DNA of 64,000 bases from an uncultured Alphaproteobacteria bacterium (GCA_902613185.1 CACMGP010000002.1:35378-99377); one strand, 5' to 3'; counted from the stretch's first letter, positions 48,128-59,356 are shown. The notes: generated by a model from the sequence alone, not told the origin. Numbers and translations: made by a program.

Positions 48128-49075
48128 ATGAATAAATCTAAAATCAAAAAAGTTGGTGCAGAAGTAATAAGTTTAGAGTCCTTAGCACTAGGAAAACTAT
48201 CTAAAACTATAAATGAGGATTTTGTGAAAGCTGTTGAATTAATTTCTCAGCAAAATGGTAAGATTATTGTTTCTGGAGTTGGAAAAAGTGGAAATATCGC
48301 TGGCAAAATTGCTGCATCCTTTACCTCAACTGGAATGCCAGCGGTATATTTAAATCCTGTTGATGCAAGTCACGGTGATATGGGCATAGTCGAAAAAAAT
48401 GATGTTCTTATAATATTATCTAATTCTGGAGAGTCTCATGAACTTACGGATTTAATTAATTTTAGTAAGAAAAAAAAAGTTAAAATTATTTCTATTACAT
48501 CCTCAAAGGAAAGTTTGTTATCTAAAAATTCTGACATCAATTTAATTTTACCATCTCATGTTGAAGCCGATAAATTAAGGATAATTCCTACAACTTCTAC
48601 TACTATGTCTCTAGCATTGGGTGATGCTCTTTGTTGTTCTGTCTTAAGTTTCAGAAGATTTGATAAAAAATCTTTTAGAGAACTTCACCCTGGTGGAAAA
48701 ATAGGAAAAAAATTAAGAACTTTAAATGATATTATGGATACAGACATACCTGTAATTAATAATAACTCATCAATAATTGACGCGGTATTGATTATGACAG
48801 AAAAAAAGTATGGTTGTGTTGTTGTATTAGATAAAAATAACAGAATAAAAGGTATCATTACTGATGGAGATTTAAGAAGATCAATAGCTAATATAAATAT
48901 TCAAGAAAAGGCTATTAAAATCATGAAAAGTAAGCCTATAGTTGCAACAAAAGAACTATTAATTTCTTCAGCTATCGTCCTTATGAATAAATACTCAATC
49001 ACAAGTCTAATAGTCGCTAACAAAAATAAACCAATAGGTATTGTTAATATAAAAAAATGTCTTGAAAATGATTAA
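48128..49075 (+). CDS. kdsD: Arabinose-5-phosphate isomerase (KpsF/GutQ; SIS + CBS domains)
   Basis: GVGKSG, ASHGDMG, SNSGE, PTTSTT, HPGG and TDGDLRR motifs. Start set at ATG 48128. Confidence 0.92.
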   Translation: MNKSKIKKVGAEVISLESLALGKLSKTINEDFVKAVELISQQNGKIIVSGVGKSGNIAGKIAASFTSTGMPAVYLNPVDASHGDMGIVEKNDVLIILSNSGESHELTDLINFSKKKKVKIISITSSKESLLSKNSDINLILPSHVEADKLRIIPTTSTTMSLALGDALCCSVLSFRRFDKKSFRELHPGGKIGKKLRTLNDIMDTDIPVINNNSSIIDAVLIMTEKKYGCVVVLDKNNRIKGIITDGDLRRSIANINIQEKAIKIMKSKPIVATKELLISSAIVLMNKYSITSLIVANKNKPIGIVNIKKCLEND

Positions 49076-49496
49076 TTATTTTAAAATAAATATTTTTAAT
49101 TTTCTAATAATTTTTTTTTTAGGTATACAAGTTTTTATCTATTTTTTTAATCAAAGACCATTAACTAAAGATTTTAGTAAGATGGCAATGTCAGTTGAAA
49201 ACTTTTCAAGTATAGTTTTGAGTAAATCTGGTATAACAAAAATTGGATCAGAAAAGCTTAAGAAAATTGATGATAAAAATATTTATTTAGAAGGTAAATC
49301 CTATTTAGAAAATAAAGAATATAAAATATATGGTGAAGATATTTCTATAAAACTGGAGGAAGAAATATCAAATAGTAATAAACCAGTTAAGGTGTTAAAC
49401 TCAATGGGTATTTTAAATGCTCAAGGTTTTCAAAATTTTGACAATGAGGGTATTATGACATTTAAAGGTAAAGTGGAGTTTTTCATTGATGATTAA
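49068..49496 (+). CDS. lptC: LPS export protein LptC (short, divergent)
   Basis: N-terminal TM helix; position between kdsD and lptA. Confidence 0.65.
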   Translation: MINYFKINIFNFLIIFFLGIQVFIYFFNQRPLTKDFSKMAMSVENFSSIVLSKSGITKIGSEKLKKIDDKNIYLEGKSYLENKEYKIYGEDISIKLEEEISNSNKPVKVLNSMGILNAQGFQNFDNEGIMTFKGKVEFFIDD

Positions 49497-49950
49497 AATT
49501 TTATTCCAAATTATATTTTTGATTTTTTTTTCAATAGCGCACTCAGAAAGTTTCGTAAAGGCAAGTGATAGTCTTATTTGGGACTCTGAAAATCAAAACT
49601 ATACGGCAAATGGAAATGTAATTTTCAAAAATGAAAAATTTATAGCATATTCTGATAAAATGATTGCTAATTATATCGAAGAAAATAATAAAGAGATTTT
49701 TACTATCGTTGAATTATTTGAAAATGTTGTCATTGAATTTAAAGATGAAATCTTTAAAGGAAATCATGCTATATATACCAGAAATAATAATTTAATTAAA
49801 CTTACTGGTGACGTTTCTATTGAATCTCCAACAAGATTGCTTACTGGATACGAACTAATCGCTGATATTGACAATAATAAAAGAATTTTAAACTCAGCTG
49901 ATAAGGACTCTCTTGTTGAAGTTTTATTAGAAAATGACACAAATAATTAA
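49489..49950 (+). CDS. lptA: LPS export periplasmic protein LptA
   Basis: Signal peptide; OstA-like ANGNV and LTGDV patterns; synteny. Confidence 0.78.
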   Translation: MIKILFQIIFLIFFSIAHSESFVKASDSLIWDSENQNYTANGNVIFKNEKFIAYSDKMIANYIEENNKEIFTIVELFENVVIEFKDEIFKGNHAIYTRNNNLIKLTGDVSIESPTRLLTGYELIADIDNNKRILNSADKDSLVEVLLENDTNN

Positions 49951-50653
49951 ACTTATTGAGCTTAGTAAAAGTTTTAAATCAAAAAAGGCTCTAAATAAAA
50001 TAAGCTTAGAATTCAAAAGTAATAGGATAAATGGTTTACTTGGGCCGAATGGTAGTGGTAAAACCACGCTCTTTAATATTATAGCTGGATTTTTAACGCC
50101 TGATTCAGGAAAGATTTTATTGGACGAATTCGTTTTAAATCAGAAAAATCTTAATTTTAGAACAAAACTTGGAATTTCTTACTTGCCACAAGAGGCGTCA
50201 ATATTTAGAGATTTAAACGTCTATGACAATATATTTTCAGTTGCAGAGTTATTTCATAATAAAAATAAATCTTCAGAAATAACTAATAATCTAATTAAAC
50301 AATTTTCTTTGACTAATTTTCAGAAAACAAAAGGTAAATTATTATCTGGGGGTGAGAGAAGAAGAACTGAAATAGCAAGGGCATTAGCAAGCAATCCTAA
50401 ATTCTTGTTACTTGATGAACCTTTTGCAGGTATCGACCCTATCGCAATTGAAGAAGTAAAGTCTTCTATCTCATTACTGAAAAAGATGAATATAGGAATA
50501 ATAATTACTGATCATAATGTAAAAGAGGCGCTAAGTGTTGTCGACTTTGGATATATAATTTACAACGGTGAAATTATTAAGTCTGGAAGTCCTGTGGAAA
50601 TAACCTCTGATAAGTTTGTAAAAAAAATCTACTTAGGTAAAAATTACAACTGA
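49934..50653 (+). CDS. lptB: LPS export ABC ATPase LptB
   Basis: GPNGSGKTT, YLPQEASIFR, LSGGERRR, LLDEPFAGIDP and TDHNV motifs. Confidence 0.93.
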   Translation: MTQIIKLIELSKSFKSKKALNKISLEFKSNRINGLLGPNGSGKTTLFNIIAGFLTPDSGKILLDEFVLNQKNLNFRTKLGISYLPQEASIFRDLNVYDNIFSVAELFHNKNKSSEITNNLIKQFSLTNFQKTKGKLLSGGERRRTEIARALASNPKFLLLDEPFAGIDPIAIEEVKSSISLLKKMNIGIIITDHNVKEALSVVDFGYIIYNGEIIKSGSPVEITSDKFVKKIYLGKNYN

Positions 50654-50657
50654 ATAT

Positions 50658-51956
50658 ATGAAGCTAAACAATCAAAGTATAATTCAAGGAACATATTTAC
50701 CTCCCGGTGATAAATCAATTAGCCACAGAATAGTTATACTGACTGGACAAGCGATTGGTAAATCAGAAATTTCGAATTTATTAGAGGGCGAAGATGTAAT
50801 AAACACAATAAATGCTATGAAATTATTTGGCGTTAATATTAAAAAAAAAGGAGATAAATATATTATTTTTGGCCTACCAGCAGGCGGGTTATTTCAACCA
50901 AATAAAACAATTGATTTTGGAAATTCTGGAACAGGTATTAGGTTGATATCTGGATTAGTTTCATCAAACAATATTTATGCAAAGTTAATTGGCGATCATT
51001 CTTTGAGCCAGAGGCCAATGAAAAGAGTCACAAAACACTTATCCAGAATTGGTGCTGTCATAAAATTAAAAAAAGGATCATATCCACCAATTTCGTTAAA
51101 AGGAACTGGAAAAGCAATACCTTTAACTTTTGATATAACTATTCCATCAGCACAAATAAAAAGTGCCATTATGCTTTCAGCATTAAATACGATAGGGACT
51201 GTAAAAATAAAGGAAAAAAATTCAACAAGAGACCATACAGAGAATATGCTAAAAAGTATGGGATATAATATCAAAGTCAGAGAAAACACAAAATATCGAT
51301 TTATTGAAATGAGAAATAATAAAGAAATTAAAACGATTAATTATAATGTGCCAGGTGATCCGTCATCAGCTGCATTTCTTATAACAGCAGCTTGTTTAAA
51401 ACCTAATTCAAATTTAATAGTTAAAAATATTCTTTTTAATAAAACAAGAATAGGATTCATTAAAACTTTAAGATCAATGGGCGGGAATATTAAGGTAATT
51501 AGAAAAAGAAAAATACATAATGAATTTATTGCTGATCTTTTGATCAAGCAAAGAAAAAATTTAAATCCAACCATATTGGAGTCATTTGAAATACCATTAC
51601 AGATTGATGAAATTCCAATTTTATCTATTGCGGCGTCTTTTGCAAATGGCTTGACTGTATTTAAAGGTTTAAAAGAATTGACATTTAAAGAAAGTAACAG
51701 GCTAGAACTTATACATGAAAATTTAAAAAAAATTGGTGTTAAAACAAAAATTAAAAATTTTGACTTATATATCTATGGTAATTACGATCTTAAGAAAGGA
51801 GCAGCTGTTATAAAACACGATAATGATCATAGAATTTTGATGTCTTTTTTTATTGCAAATATGATATGTAAAAAAAACAATATTATAAAAGATAAATCTT
51901 GCGTAAAAACAAGCTATCCAACGTTTTTCAAAGACATATCAGAATTTAGTAATTAA
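50658..51956 (+). CDS. aroA: 3-phosphoshikimate 1-carboxyvinyltransferase
   Basis: PGDKSISHR, GNSGT, RPMKR, SAQIKS, RDHTE, KESNR and DHRI motifs. Confidence 0.95.
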   Translation: MKLNNQSIIQGTYLPPGDKSISHRIVILTGQAIGKSEISNLLEGEDVINTINAMKLFGVNIKKKGDKYIIFGLPAGGLFQPNKTIDFGNSGTGIRLISGLVSSNNIYAKLIGDHSLSQRPMKRVTKHLSRIGAVIKLKKGSYPPISLKGTGKAIPLTFDITIPSAQIKSAIMLSALNTIGTVKIKEKNSTRDHTENMLKSMGYNIKVRENTKYRFIEMRNNKEIKTINYNVPGDPSSAAFLITAACLKPNSNLIVKNILFNKTRIGFIKTLRSMGGNIKVIRKRKIHNEFIADLLIKQRKNLNPTILESFEIPLQIDEIPILSIAASFANGLTVFKGLKELTFKESNRLELIHENLKKIGVKTKIKNFDLYIYGNYDLKKGAAVIKHDNDHRILMSFFIANMICKKNNIIKDKSCVKTSYPTFFKDISEFSN

Positions 51957-52024
51957 TTTTTCTTGAAAAACATTAATAAAACTTTAAAAGAACCGTACTT
52001 ATTTTGAAAGGTAACTTATGACTA

Positions 52025-53722
52025 ATGATATCTAATGACGAATATAGCAAATTGCTAGACAAACAATTCGAAACTAAAAGCACAATCGCTGCAAATAAAA
52101 TTATATCTGGAACAATTCTAAAAATAAGTGATCAACTTATTACTGTTGATATTGGATACAAAAGTGAGGGTCAAATACCTAAGGAAGAATTTCTTAATAC
52201 TGGATCATCCGATGATTTAAAAACAGGGCAAGTAATTGAAGTATTTGTTGAAAAATTAGAAGATAAAGAAGGCAACATTAAGGTTTCACATGAAAAAGCT
52301 ATTAAAATGAAATCGTGGGAAAAGCTTCAAAAGCTTTATGACAACAAAGAGAGAGTCAAAGGATTTATTGTTGGTAAAGCAAAAGCTGGTCTTTATGTAA
52401 AAATTATGGGAACAAATGCATTTTTACCGTTAAGCCAAATTGATGTTCGTCCTGTAAGAGACGTGAGTCATTTAATAAAGACTGAGGAAACATTTGAAAT
52501 TCTCAAGATGGATTACTCTAAAGGCAACATTGTTGTATCAAGAAAAGCAATACTTGAGGAAAAACAAAAAGAAATAAAAAATCAAATTTTAGTAAAGTCA
52601 AAAAGTAAATCTGTTGTAACAGGTAAAGTAAAAACATTTACAGATTATGGCGCTTTCGTTGATCTTGGTGGTATAGATGGTTTGGTTCATTTGAGCGATA
52701 TTTCATGGAGTAGAATTAGTCATCCTTCGGATGTTTTAGAAGTCGGTAAAAAATATGAGTTTAAAATTCTAAAAGTATCAGATGACTCGGATAAAATTAG
52801 TTTAGGATATAAACAGCTTAAAGATGATCCTTGGGAAAAAATAGAAGAGAAAATTTCTTTAGATGAAATCTATGATGGAAAAATTACGCACATAACTGAT
52901 TATGGTGCTTTTGTTCAACTAACTGACAAAGATCTGGAGGGGTTAGTCCACTCAAATGATATAAGCTGGACTAAGAAAAATATCCATCCAAATAAAATCT
53001 TAGAAGTTGGATTTAACATCAGAGTTAAAATTTTAGAAATTGACAAAGAGAAAAAAAGGATAAGTCTTGGAATTAAACAAACTGAGCCAAATCCTTGGGA
53101 GAATATCCTAAATGAGTATAAAAATGATCAAATAATTGATACAGAAATCAAAAATATTACTGAGTTTGGTATATTTGCAAAGCTAAATGAAAACATTGAC
53201 GGACTGATCCATAAAAACGATTTATCATGGACAGACTCTAATGGTGATAGAACTTTAAAGAAATATCAAAAAGGTCAAGGTATTAAAGTTAAGATTTTGG
53301 AAATTGACCCAGAAAAAGAAAAAATAAGTTTTGGTATAAAACAATTATCTGCAGATCCATTCAACGAATTTTTTAAAGATAAATCTAAGGGTGATGTTGT
53401 CTCTGCTACAATCACTAAAGTTAACAATAATGGTATTGACGTTGAAGTAGCTAATTTTATTGAGACTACGATAAGAAGAAAAGAGCTCTCAAAAAATAAA
53501 GAGGAACAGAACATTTCCAGATATAACGAGGGTCAAAAAATAGATGCTAAGATTAGTTCTATAGATCTCACAAATCGAAAATTTTCTCTTTCAATTAGAC
53601 AACTAGAGATAGACGAGGAACAAAGCTTGTTAGAAAAGTATGGATCTAAATCTTCTGGTTCGGTTTTAGGTGAAATTCTTGGTAAGGCTTTGGATGAGGA
53701 TAAGGACTCCAAAGAAGAATAA
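52025..53722 (+). CDS. rpsA: 30S ribosomal protein S1
   Basis: Six S1 repeats (YGAFVDLGGIDGL, YGAFV, FGIFA). Confidence 0.96.
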   Translation: MISNDEYSKLLDKQFETKSTIAANKIISGTILKISDQLITVDIGYKSEGQIPKEEFLNTGSSDDLKTGQVIEVFVEKLEDKEGNIKVSHEKAIKMKSWEKLQKLYDNKERVKGFIVGKAKAGLYVKIMGTNAFLPLSQIDVRPVRDVSHLIKTEETFEILKMDYSKGNIVVSRKAILEEKQKEIKNQILVKSKSKSVVTGKVKTFTDYGAFVDLGGIDGLVHLSDISWSRISHPSDVLEVGKKYEFKILKVSDDSDKISLGYKQLKDDPWEKIEEKISLDEIYDGKITHITDYGAFVQLTDKDLEGLVHSNDISWTKKNIHPNKILEVGFNIRVKILEIDKEKKRISLGIKQTEPNPWENILNEYKNDQIIDTEIKNITEFGIFAKLNENIDGLIHKNDLSWTDSNGDRTLKKYQKGQGIKVKILEIDPEKEKISFGIKQLSADPFNEFFKDKSKGDVVSATITKVNNNGIDVEVANFIETTIRRKELSKNKEEQNISRYNEGQKIDAKISSIDLTNRKFSLSIRQLEIDEEQSLLEKYGSKSSGSVLGEILGKALDEDKDSKEE

Positions 53723-53999
53723 GTCTCATATTTTAAAGACTTTCATAAAATCAGAAACTGATTTAACACCTAAAATTAACAAAGAGATATTTAATAGTTT
53801 TTTTGATATTTTAGAAAAAAATATTTCTAACCACATTTCTATAGAGTTAAGGAACTTTGGTATTTTTAAATCTAAATACATGAAATCTAGGTATGGTTCT
53901 GATCCAAGAAATAAAAAAAAAATATATATTCCACCTAAGTGGAAGGTTACATTTAAAATTAGTGAAAATATTAATAAAAAATTAAATGAAAAAATTTAA
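53694..53999 (+). CDS. ihfB: Integration host factor beta / HU-family protein
   Basis: IELRNFGIF and GSDPRNK..I.IP..KVTFK motifs; follows rpsA. Probable start ATG 53694. Confidence 0.8.
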   Translation: MRIRTPKKNKSHILKTFIKSETDLTPKINKEIFNSFFDILEKNISNHISIELRNFGIFKSKYMKSRYGSDPRNKKKIYIPPKWKVTFKISENINKKLNEKI

Positions 54000-54693
54000 A
54001 TCTTTTATAGCTCTTGATCTTAAATCAAATGCTCAAAATATCATTATAGTAAAAAAACTGTATCGTCATGTATATGGCTTTAAAGTAGGATATAGATCTT
54101 TCTATAATAAGCGATCAGATGAACTTATCTCAGAAATCAAAAAGAAAAAAAGCAAATTATTCCTTGATTTAAAACTTCATGATATACCTAATACAGTTAG
54201 CAGCGCGATAGATTCTTTATCGAACATAAATCCTGATTTTCTTACCTTGCATATATCAGGAGGTAACGAGATGATAAAAGCTGCAATTAAATCAATAAAG
54301 AAAAATAAACTTAAAACTAAAATCCTAGGGGTATCCCTATTGACAAGCTTAGATGGTAAAGATAGTGAAAAAATATATAAAGAGAAAAATACAAAAAAAC
54401 TTGTAAAAAAATTTTCTGAAATCGCAAATAATTTAAATATTCATGGCCTTATTTGTTCAGGTAATGACTTGAGAGTTTTAGGAAAATATAAAAAATTAAT
54501 TAAAATAACACCTGGTGTTAAAATGTTTGCTAGAAATGATGATCAAAAAAGAGTTACTTTTGCTCACAATGCTTTACAAGATGGTGCAAACTTTGTTGTA
54601 ATAGGAAGGGAATTAATAGAAACCAAAACACCTTTAGATTTGTTAAAAAAATATGGCGAACAACATAAAAATAAAAATTTGTGGACAAAATAA
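53986..54693 (+). CDS. pyrF: Orotidine-5'-phosphate decarboxylase
   Basis: IALD, FKVG, FLDLKLHDIPNT, TPG, DDQKR and VIGR motifs. Confidence 0.93.
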   Translation: MKKFKSFIALDLKSNAQNIIIVKKLYRHVYGFKVGYRSFYNKRSDELISEIKKKKSKLFLDLKLHDIPNTVSSAIDSLSNINPDFLTLHISGGNEMIKAAIKSIKKNKLKTKILGVSLLTSLDGKDSEKIYKEKNTKKLVKKFSEIANNLNIHGLICSGNDLRVLGKYKKLIKITPGVKMFARNDDQKRVTFAHNALQDGANFVVIGRELIETKTPLDLLKKYGEQHKNKNLWTK

Positions 54694-55279
54694 TCCAGCT
54701 ATAATTAATCACTGTCTTGATTTAAATATTTCTTATCAAGGATTAATTTTTTATAAAAAGAGCCCAAGGTTTATAGATATGGACACACTAGCTCTTATTA
54801 ACCAATATTTTGTATCACATAAAGATAAATTTGTAGGTGTTTTTGTTAACCCATCAATTGGTGAAATTAAAAATAAATTAGAAGTTTTTGATTTTGATAC
54901 AATACAACTTCATGGGAATGAAGATCAAAACTTTATAAGTGAAGTTAAAATTAAATTTAAGAAAAAAATATATAAATCAATATCTCCAGAAGATTTTAAA
55001 ACAACTGAATTAGTGGATGTAGATCAGTTCCTCATCGAAGCGAAACCCTCTTTAAATCAGATGCCTGGAGGAAATAATAAAACTTGGGATTGGTCTGATT
55101 TTAAAAATATTAAAAAACTTCCTTATATTTTATCAGGAGGTCTAAATGTCACTAATATTAAAAAGGCAATAAGCTTAACAGGTGCGGATTTTGTTGATAT
55201 AAATTCTGGTGTAGAGGAACAACCAGGTGAAAAAAGCCTAGCTTTGATAGATGGTATTATTTCATCAATTTATAATTAA
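54653..55279 (+). CDS. trpF: Phosphoribosylanthranilate isomerase
   Basis: IKICG, KSPR, QLHGNE, LSGGL and DINSGVE motifs. Confidence 0.92.
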   Translation: MANNIKIKICGQNNPAIINHCLDLNISYQGLIFYKKSPRFIDMDTLALINQYFVSHKDKFVGVFVNPSIGEIKNKLEVFDFDTIQLHGNEDQNFISEVKIKFKKKIYKSISPEDFKTTELVDVDQFLIEAKPSLNQMPGGNNKTWDWSDFKNIKKLPYILSGGLNVTNIKKAISLTGADFVDINSGVEEQPGEKSLALIDGIISSIYN

Positions 55280-56484
55280 TGAAAACATATAAACAACCTA
55301 GTGCCGTTGGAAGATTTGGTGAATTTGGTGGCATGTATGTTTCAGAAACATTAATGCCACTATTATTAAATTTAGATAAATCTTACAAAAAAATTCAAAA
55401 GGATAAGAAATTTAAAAAAGAGCTAAATGATCTTTTTAAAAACTATGTGGGCAGGCCCTCGTCTTTGCACTATGCTAAAAATTTATCTAAATATATTAAT
55501 GGACCAAAAATATATTTTAAAAGAGATGAGCTAAATCATACAGGGGCCCATAAAATCAATAATTGCTTAGGACAAATACTACTAGCAAAAAAAATGGGCA
55601 AAACAAGAATAATTGCTGAAACAGGTGCTGGACAACATGGAGTTGCAACAGCAACTGTTTGTGCTCTTTTTGGTCTTCCTTGTTATATTTACATGGGGTC
55701 TAAAGATATCGAAAGACAAAAACCTAATGTTTTTAGAATGAAGCTTCTGGGTGCCACCATTATTCCTGTTGAGTCTGGCAGTAAATCGTTAAAAGATGCC
55801 ATGAATGAAGCTTTAAGAGATTGGATTAAAAACGTCAGAGATACTTTTTATATTATAGGTTCTACTGCAGGTCCTCATCCATATCCGAAAATGGTAAGAG
55901 ATTTTCAATCTGTAATTGGAAAAGAGGCGAGAGAGCAGATATTAAAAGTAGAGAAAAAACTACCAGATTATTTAATAGCTTGCGTTGGAGGCGGATCAAA
56001 TGCAATGGGTTTATTTTATCCATTTTTAAATGATAAAAAGGTAAAGATTATTGGAGTTGAAGCGGCTGGGAGAGGTGCTAAAACGGAAGAAACAGCTGCC
56101 ACAATGACCTCTGGAACCCCAGGTATTTTACATGGTAGTTTCAGTTATGTCTTACAGGACAATGATGGACAAATAAAAGAAGCTCATTCAATTTCTGCCG
56201 GTCTCGATTATCCTGGTGTGGGGCCCGAACATTCCTACTTAAAAGATATTAAAAGAGTTAAGTACTATGGAATAACTGATAAAGAAGCTCTTGAAGCATT
56301 TCAAACATGTTCAAAACTAGAGGGAATTATTCCTGCACTGGAACCTTCCCATGCCCTAGCCTACTTAATTAAAGCATTTAAAAATAAACATAAAAACAAA
56401 GTTGTAATTTTAAATTTGTGTGGACGAGGTGATAAGGATTTATTTACTGCCGCTAAAGCAATAGGATTTGATGCGGATGAGTAA
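55279..56484 (+). CDS. trpB: Tryptophan synthase beta chain
   Basis: [28 protein letters not shown] and [10 protein letters not shown] motifs. Confidence 0.97.
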   Translation: MKTYKQPSAVGRFGEFGGMYVSETLMPLLLNLDKSYKKIQKDKKFKKELNDLFKNYVGRPSSLHYAKNLSKYINGPKIYFKRDELNHTGAHKINNCLGQILLAKKMGKTRIIAETGAGQHGVATATVCALFGLPCYIYMGSKDIERQKPNVFRMKLLGATIIPVESGSKSLKDAMNEALRDWIKNVRDTFYIIGSTAGPHPYPKMVRDFQSVIGKEAREQILKVEKKLPDYLIACVGGGSNAMGLFYPFLNDKKVKIIGVEAAGRGAKTEETAATMTSGTPGILHGSFSYVLQDNDGQIKEAHSISAGLDYPGVGPEHSYLKDIKRVKYYGITDKEALEAFQTCSKLEGIIPALEPSHALAYLIKAFKNKHKNKVVILNLCGRGDKDLFTAAKAIGFDADE

Positions 56485-57256
56485 TAATCTAGACTCTCTT
56501 CCTAAGAAAAAAATACTCTCATTGTTTATGACGTGTGGGTTTCCTACACTAAATCAGAGTAAAAAGATTTTTATTGAAATGTTATCTCATCAACCAGATA
56601 TTATTGAGTTCGGACTCCCATTTTCTGATCCGATGGCAGATGGTCCTATTATTCAAGAAGCAAATAAACTTGCACTTAGATCAAAATTATCAACACAGCA
56701 ATCACTAGATTTAATTAAATATTTGAGTAAATCTAAAAACAATACTTCATTTATTATCATGTGTTATTTAAATACTGTTCGTAAATTTGGATTAAATAAA
56801 TTCATCAAAAATATTAAAAGTATTGTTGATGGTATAATAATTGTTGATTTGCCTTTTGAAGAGGAAGGTGCAATCAAAAAATCATTGTCTAAAAATAACA
56901 TACACTTGATCAAGTTAATCTCTCCAATGACTGATAAAAAAAGATCACAAAAACTTTTAAAAAATTCAAAAGGATTCATTTATTATATATCAGCAACTGG
57001 TATCACAGGTTCAAATAAATTAGATTACAAAGAAATAAATAAAAATGTTAAATCTATAAAAAAAATGTCTTCTGTACCTGTTTTAGTTGGATTTGGGATC
57101 AAGTCTAAAAAAGATGTCATTGATATATCCAAAAAAACAAATGCAGATGGTGTTATAATTGGCTCAGCTCTAATTCAAAAATATTTTGATATAAAGATGG
57201 ATTTTAATAAGTACCTTAAAAGCCTTAAAAAATTTATTCTAGAGGTTAAGATCTAA
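56477..57256 (+). CDS. trpA: Tryptophan synthase alpha chain
   Basis: [27 protein letters not shown] and GSA motifs. Confidence 0.94.
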   Translation: MSNNLDSLPKKKILSLFMTCGFPTLNQSKKIFIEMLSHQPDIIEFGLPFSDPMADGPIIQEANKLALRSKLSTQQSLDLIKYLSKSKNNTSFIIMCYLNTVRKFGLNKFIKNIKSIVDGIIIVDLPFEEEGAIKKSLSKNNIHLIKLISPMTDKKRSQKLLKNSKGFIYYISATGITGSNKLDYKEINKNVKSIKKMSSVPVLVGFGIKSKKDVIDISKKTNADGVIIGSALIQKYFDIKMDFNKYLKSLKKFILEVKI

Positions 57257-57258
57257 AA

Positions 57259-58104
57259 ATGAACTGGCTCACAGATTACGTAAAACCAAAATTAAGCTCT
57301 CTTGTTAATAGAAAAGAGCCTCCGTCTGATTTATGGACTAAGTGTGGATGTGGGGAAAGAACTCTGTATGTAAGTGATTTAAAAGAAAATCTTAATGTTT
57401 GTTCATATTGTGACTTTCATATGGGGATGGATGTAAATAGTAGATTAAAAAATTTATTCGATAATGAAAATTATGAATTAATAGAGGTGCCTTTTGAAAA
57501 TAATGATCCTCTAAAATTTAAAGATCTTAAAAAATACTCAGATAGGATGAAAGCTGCTCAAAAGAAAACTAATCAAAAAGATGCCGCTATTTTAGCTAAA
57601 GGTGAAATTGGAAGCACTATAGTTGTAGTTTTTATATTAGATTTTAATTTTATGGGTGGTTCAATGGGTCAATTTGTTGGTGAAGCATTTAAAATTGGTT
57701 GTCAAAACGCTGTTAATTTGAATTGTCCATTTATATCAGTTGCTTCCTCAGGAGGTGCAAGAATGCAAGAAGGTATTATAAGTTTAATGCAACTACCTAA
57801 AACAGTTGCAGCAGTGAATATGCTAGACCAACATAAAATTCCTTACGTGAGTGTTCTAACTCATCCTACTACTGGAGGTGTGAGTGCTTCGTTTGCGATG
57901 CTTGGAGATATTATTATTGCTGAAAAAGGAAGTATGATTGGTTTTGCTGGAAAAAGAGTTATCGAAGAGACTATCAAAGAACAATTACCTGAGGATTTTC
58001 AGACTGCCGAATATCTTCTTGAACACGGGATGGTTGATATGGTTGTCCATCGAAAAGAATTAAGTCAAACACTTTCAAAAGTTCTATCATTCGCAAAAAA
58101 ATAA
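57259..58104 (+). CDS. accD: Acetyl-CoA carboxylase carboxyltransferase beta subunit
   Basis: FMGGSMG, SGGARMQEG, PTTGGVSASFA and FQTAEYLLEHG motifs. Confidence 0.96.
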   Translation: MNWLTDYVKPKLSSLVNRKEPPSDLWTKCGCGERTLYVSDLKENLNVCSYCDFHMGMDVNSRLKNLFDNENYELIEVPFENNDPLKFKDLKKYSDRMKAAQKKTNQKDAAILAKGEIGSTIVVVFILDFNFMGGSMGQFVGEAFKIGCQNAVNLNCPFISVASSGGARMQEGIISLMQLPKTVAAVNMLDQHKIPYVSVLTHPTTGGVSASFAMLGDIIIAEKGSMIGFAGKRVIEETIKEQLPEDFQTAEYLLEHGMVDMVVHRKELSQTLSKVLSFAKK

Positions 58105-58108
58105 ATTC

Positions 58109-59356
58109 TTGAAAGATCCCATTTTTCAAAGGCTACTAAATCTACATCCAAAATTTTCAGATTTATCTTTAGGGAGAATTAAAAAACTTTTAAAAAAAAT
58201 AAATTTTGATGAAAATTCACTGCCAAAAGTTATTCATATAGCTGGTACAAATGGAAAAGGCTCAACAGCAGCTATTTTGAAATCAATTCTCAATCATCAT
58301 AATTATTCAACACACGTATACTCCACACCTCACCTAGTAAAATTTAATGAAAGGATTCAATTAAGATCAAAAGAAATTTCAAATCAAAAGTTATTAAAAT
58401 ATTTGAAGTATTGCGAAGATAAAAATGAAGGAAACTTGATAACATTTTTTGAAATTACTACTGCGGCAGCGTTTAAAGCTTTTCAAGATCATAAAGCTGA
58501 CTATCTAATATTAGAAGTTGGACTTGGAGGAAGATTTGATGCTACAAATATTTTAAAAAAAACAAAGTATGCAGCTATTACTCCAATTTCCTTAGATCAT
58601 CAAGATTATTTAGGAAATTCATTGGATCAAATTGCTTTTGAGAAATTAGGAATATTGAACTCAAAAAGTACGATTTTTATTAATCGACAGAAAACAAATG
58701 TTATGAAATATATTAAGTCACAATTAAAAAAAAGAAAATTAACTGCAAATCTATTTAATATTCATTGGAAAATAAAATCTAATTTTTATTTATCGAATGA
58801 TATAAGAGTTAATTTATCAAAATTAAGTTTATTAGGATCACATCAATTAATTAATGCTGGATTAGCAATACATTTAGCGAGGAATATATTGAAAGAAAAG
58901 TTTTTAATAGAAAAAACAGAAAAAGCGTTGATGAATTGTGAATGGCCTGGGAGATTGCAGCAAATTAAGAGCGGACTTTTAAATAAAAAAATAAAGAAAT
59001 ATTTGAATATTTACTTAGATGGCTTTCACAATATCGATGGCATGAAAGCATTAATTAAATCATTACCAAAAAATAGGAAGATACTCATATGCTCTTTTTT
59101 AAAAAATAAAAAATATATTCAGATGCTTTCTAACTTATCAAATCATTTTAATAAAATAATTGTTGTTAAAATGAACGAGGAAAACTCTATCACTGAGGAT
59201 TTGCTGCCCAAATACCTTAAGCTCTATTTTGCAAATTCCTTAACAGATTCATTTAAAATGATTAAAAAATTCTCATCAAATCAGACCACAATTTATTTTG
59301 GAGGATCATTATATTTTATTGGTGAAGTGATAAAATTAAATCGTTTAAAAAATTAG
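58109..59356 (+). CDS. folC: Folylpolyglutamate synthase/dihydrofolate synthase
   Basis: HIAGTNGKGS, TPHL..FNERI, FFEITT, EVGLGGRFDATN, HQ..NA and WPGRLQ motifs; TTG start. Confidence 0.94.
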   Translation: MKDPIFQRLLNLHPKFSDLSLGRIKKLLKKINFDENSLPKVIHIAGTNGKGSTAAILKSILNHHNYSTHVYSTPHLVKFNERIQLRSKEISNQKLLKYLKYCEDKNEGNLITFFEITTAAAFKAFQDHKADYLILEVGLGGRFDATNILKKTKYAAITPISLDHQDYLGNSLDQIAFEKLGILNSKSTIFINRQKTNVMKYIKSQLKKRKLTANLFNIHWKIKSNFYLSNDIRVNLSKLSLLGSHQLINAGLAIHLARNILKEKFLIEKTEKALMNCEWPGRLQQIKSGLLNKKIKKYLNIYLDGFHNIDGMKALIKSLPKNRKILICSFLKNKKYIQMLSNLSNHFNKIIVVKMNEENSITEDLLPKYLKLYFANSLTDSFKMIKKFSSNQTTIYFGGSLYFIGEVIKLNRLKN

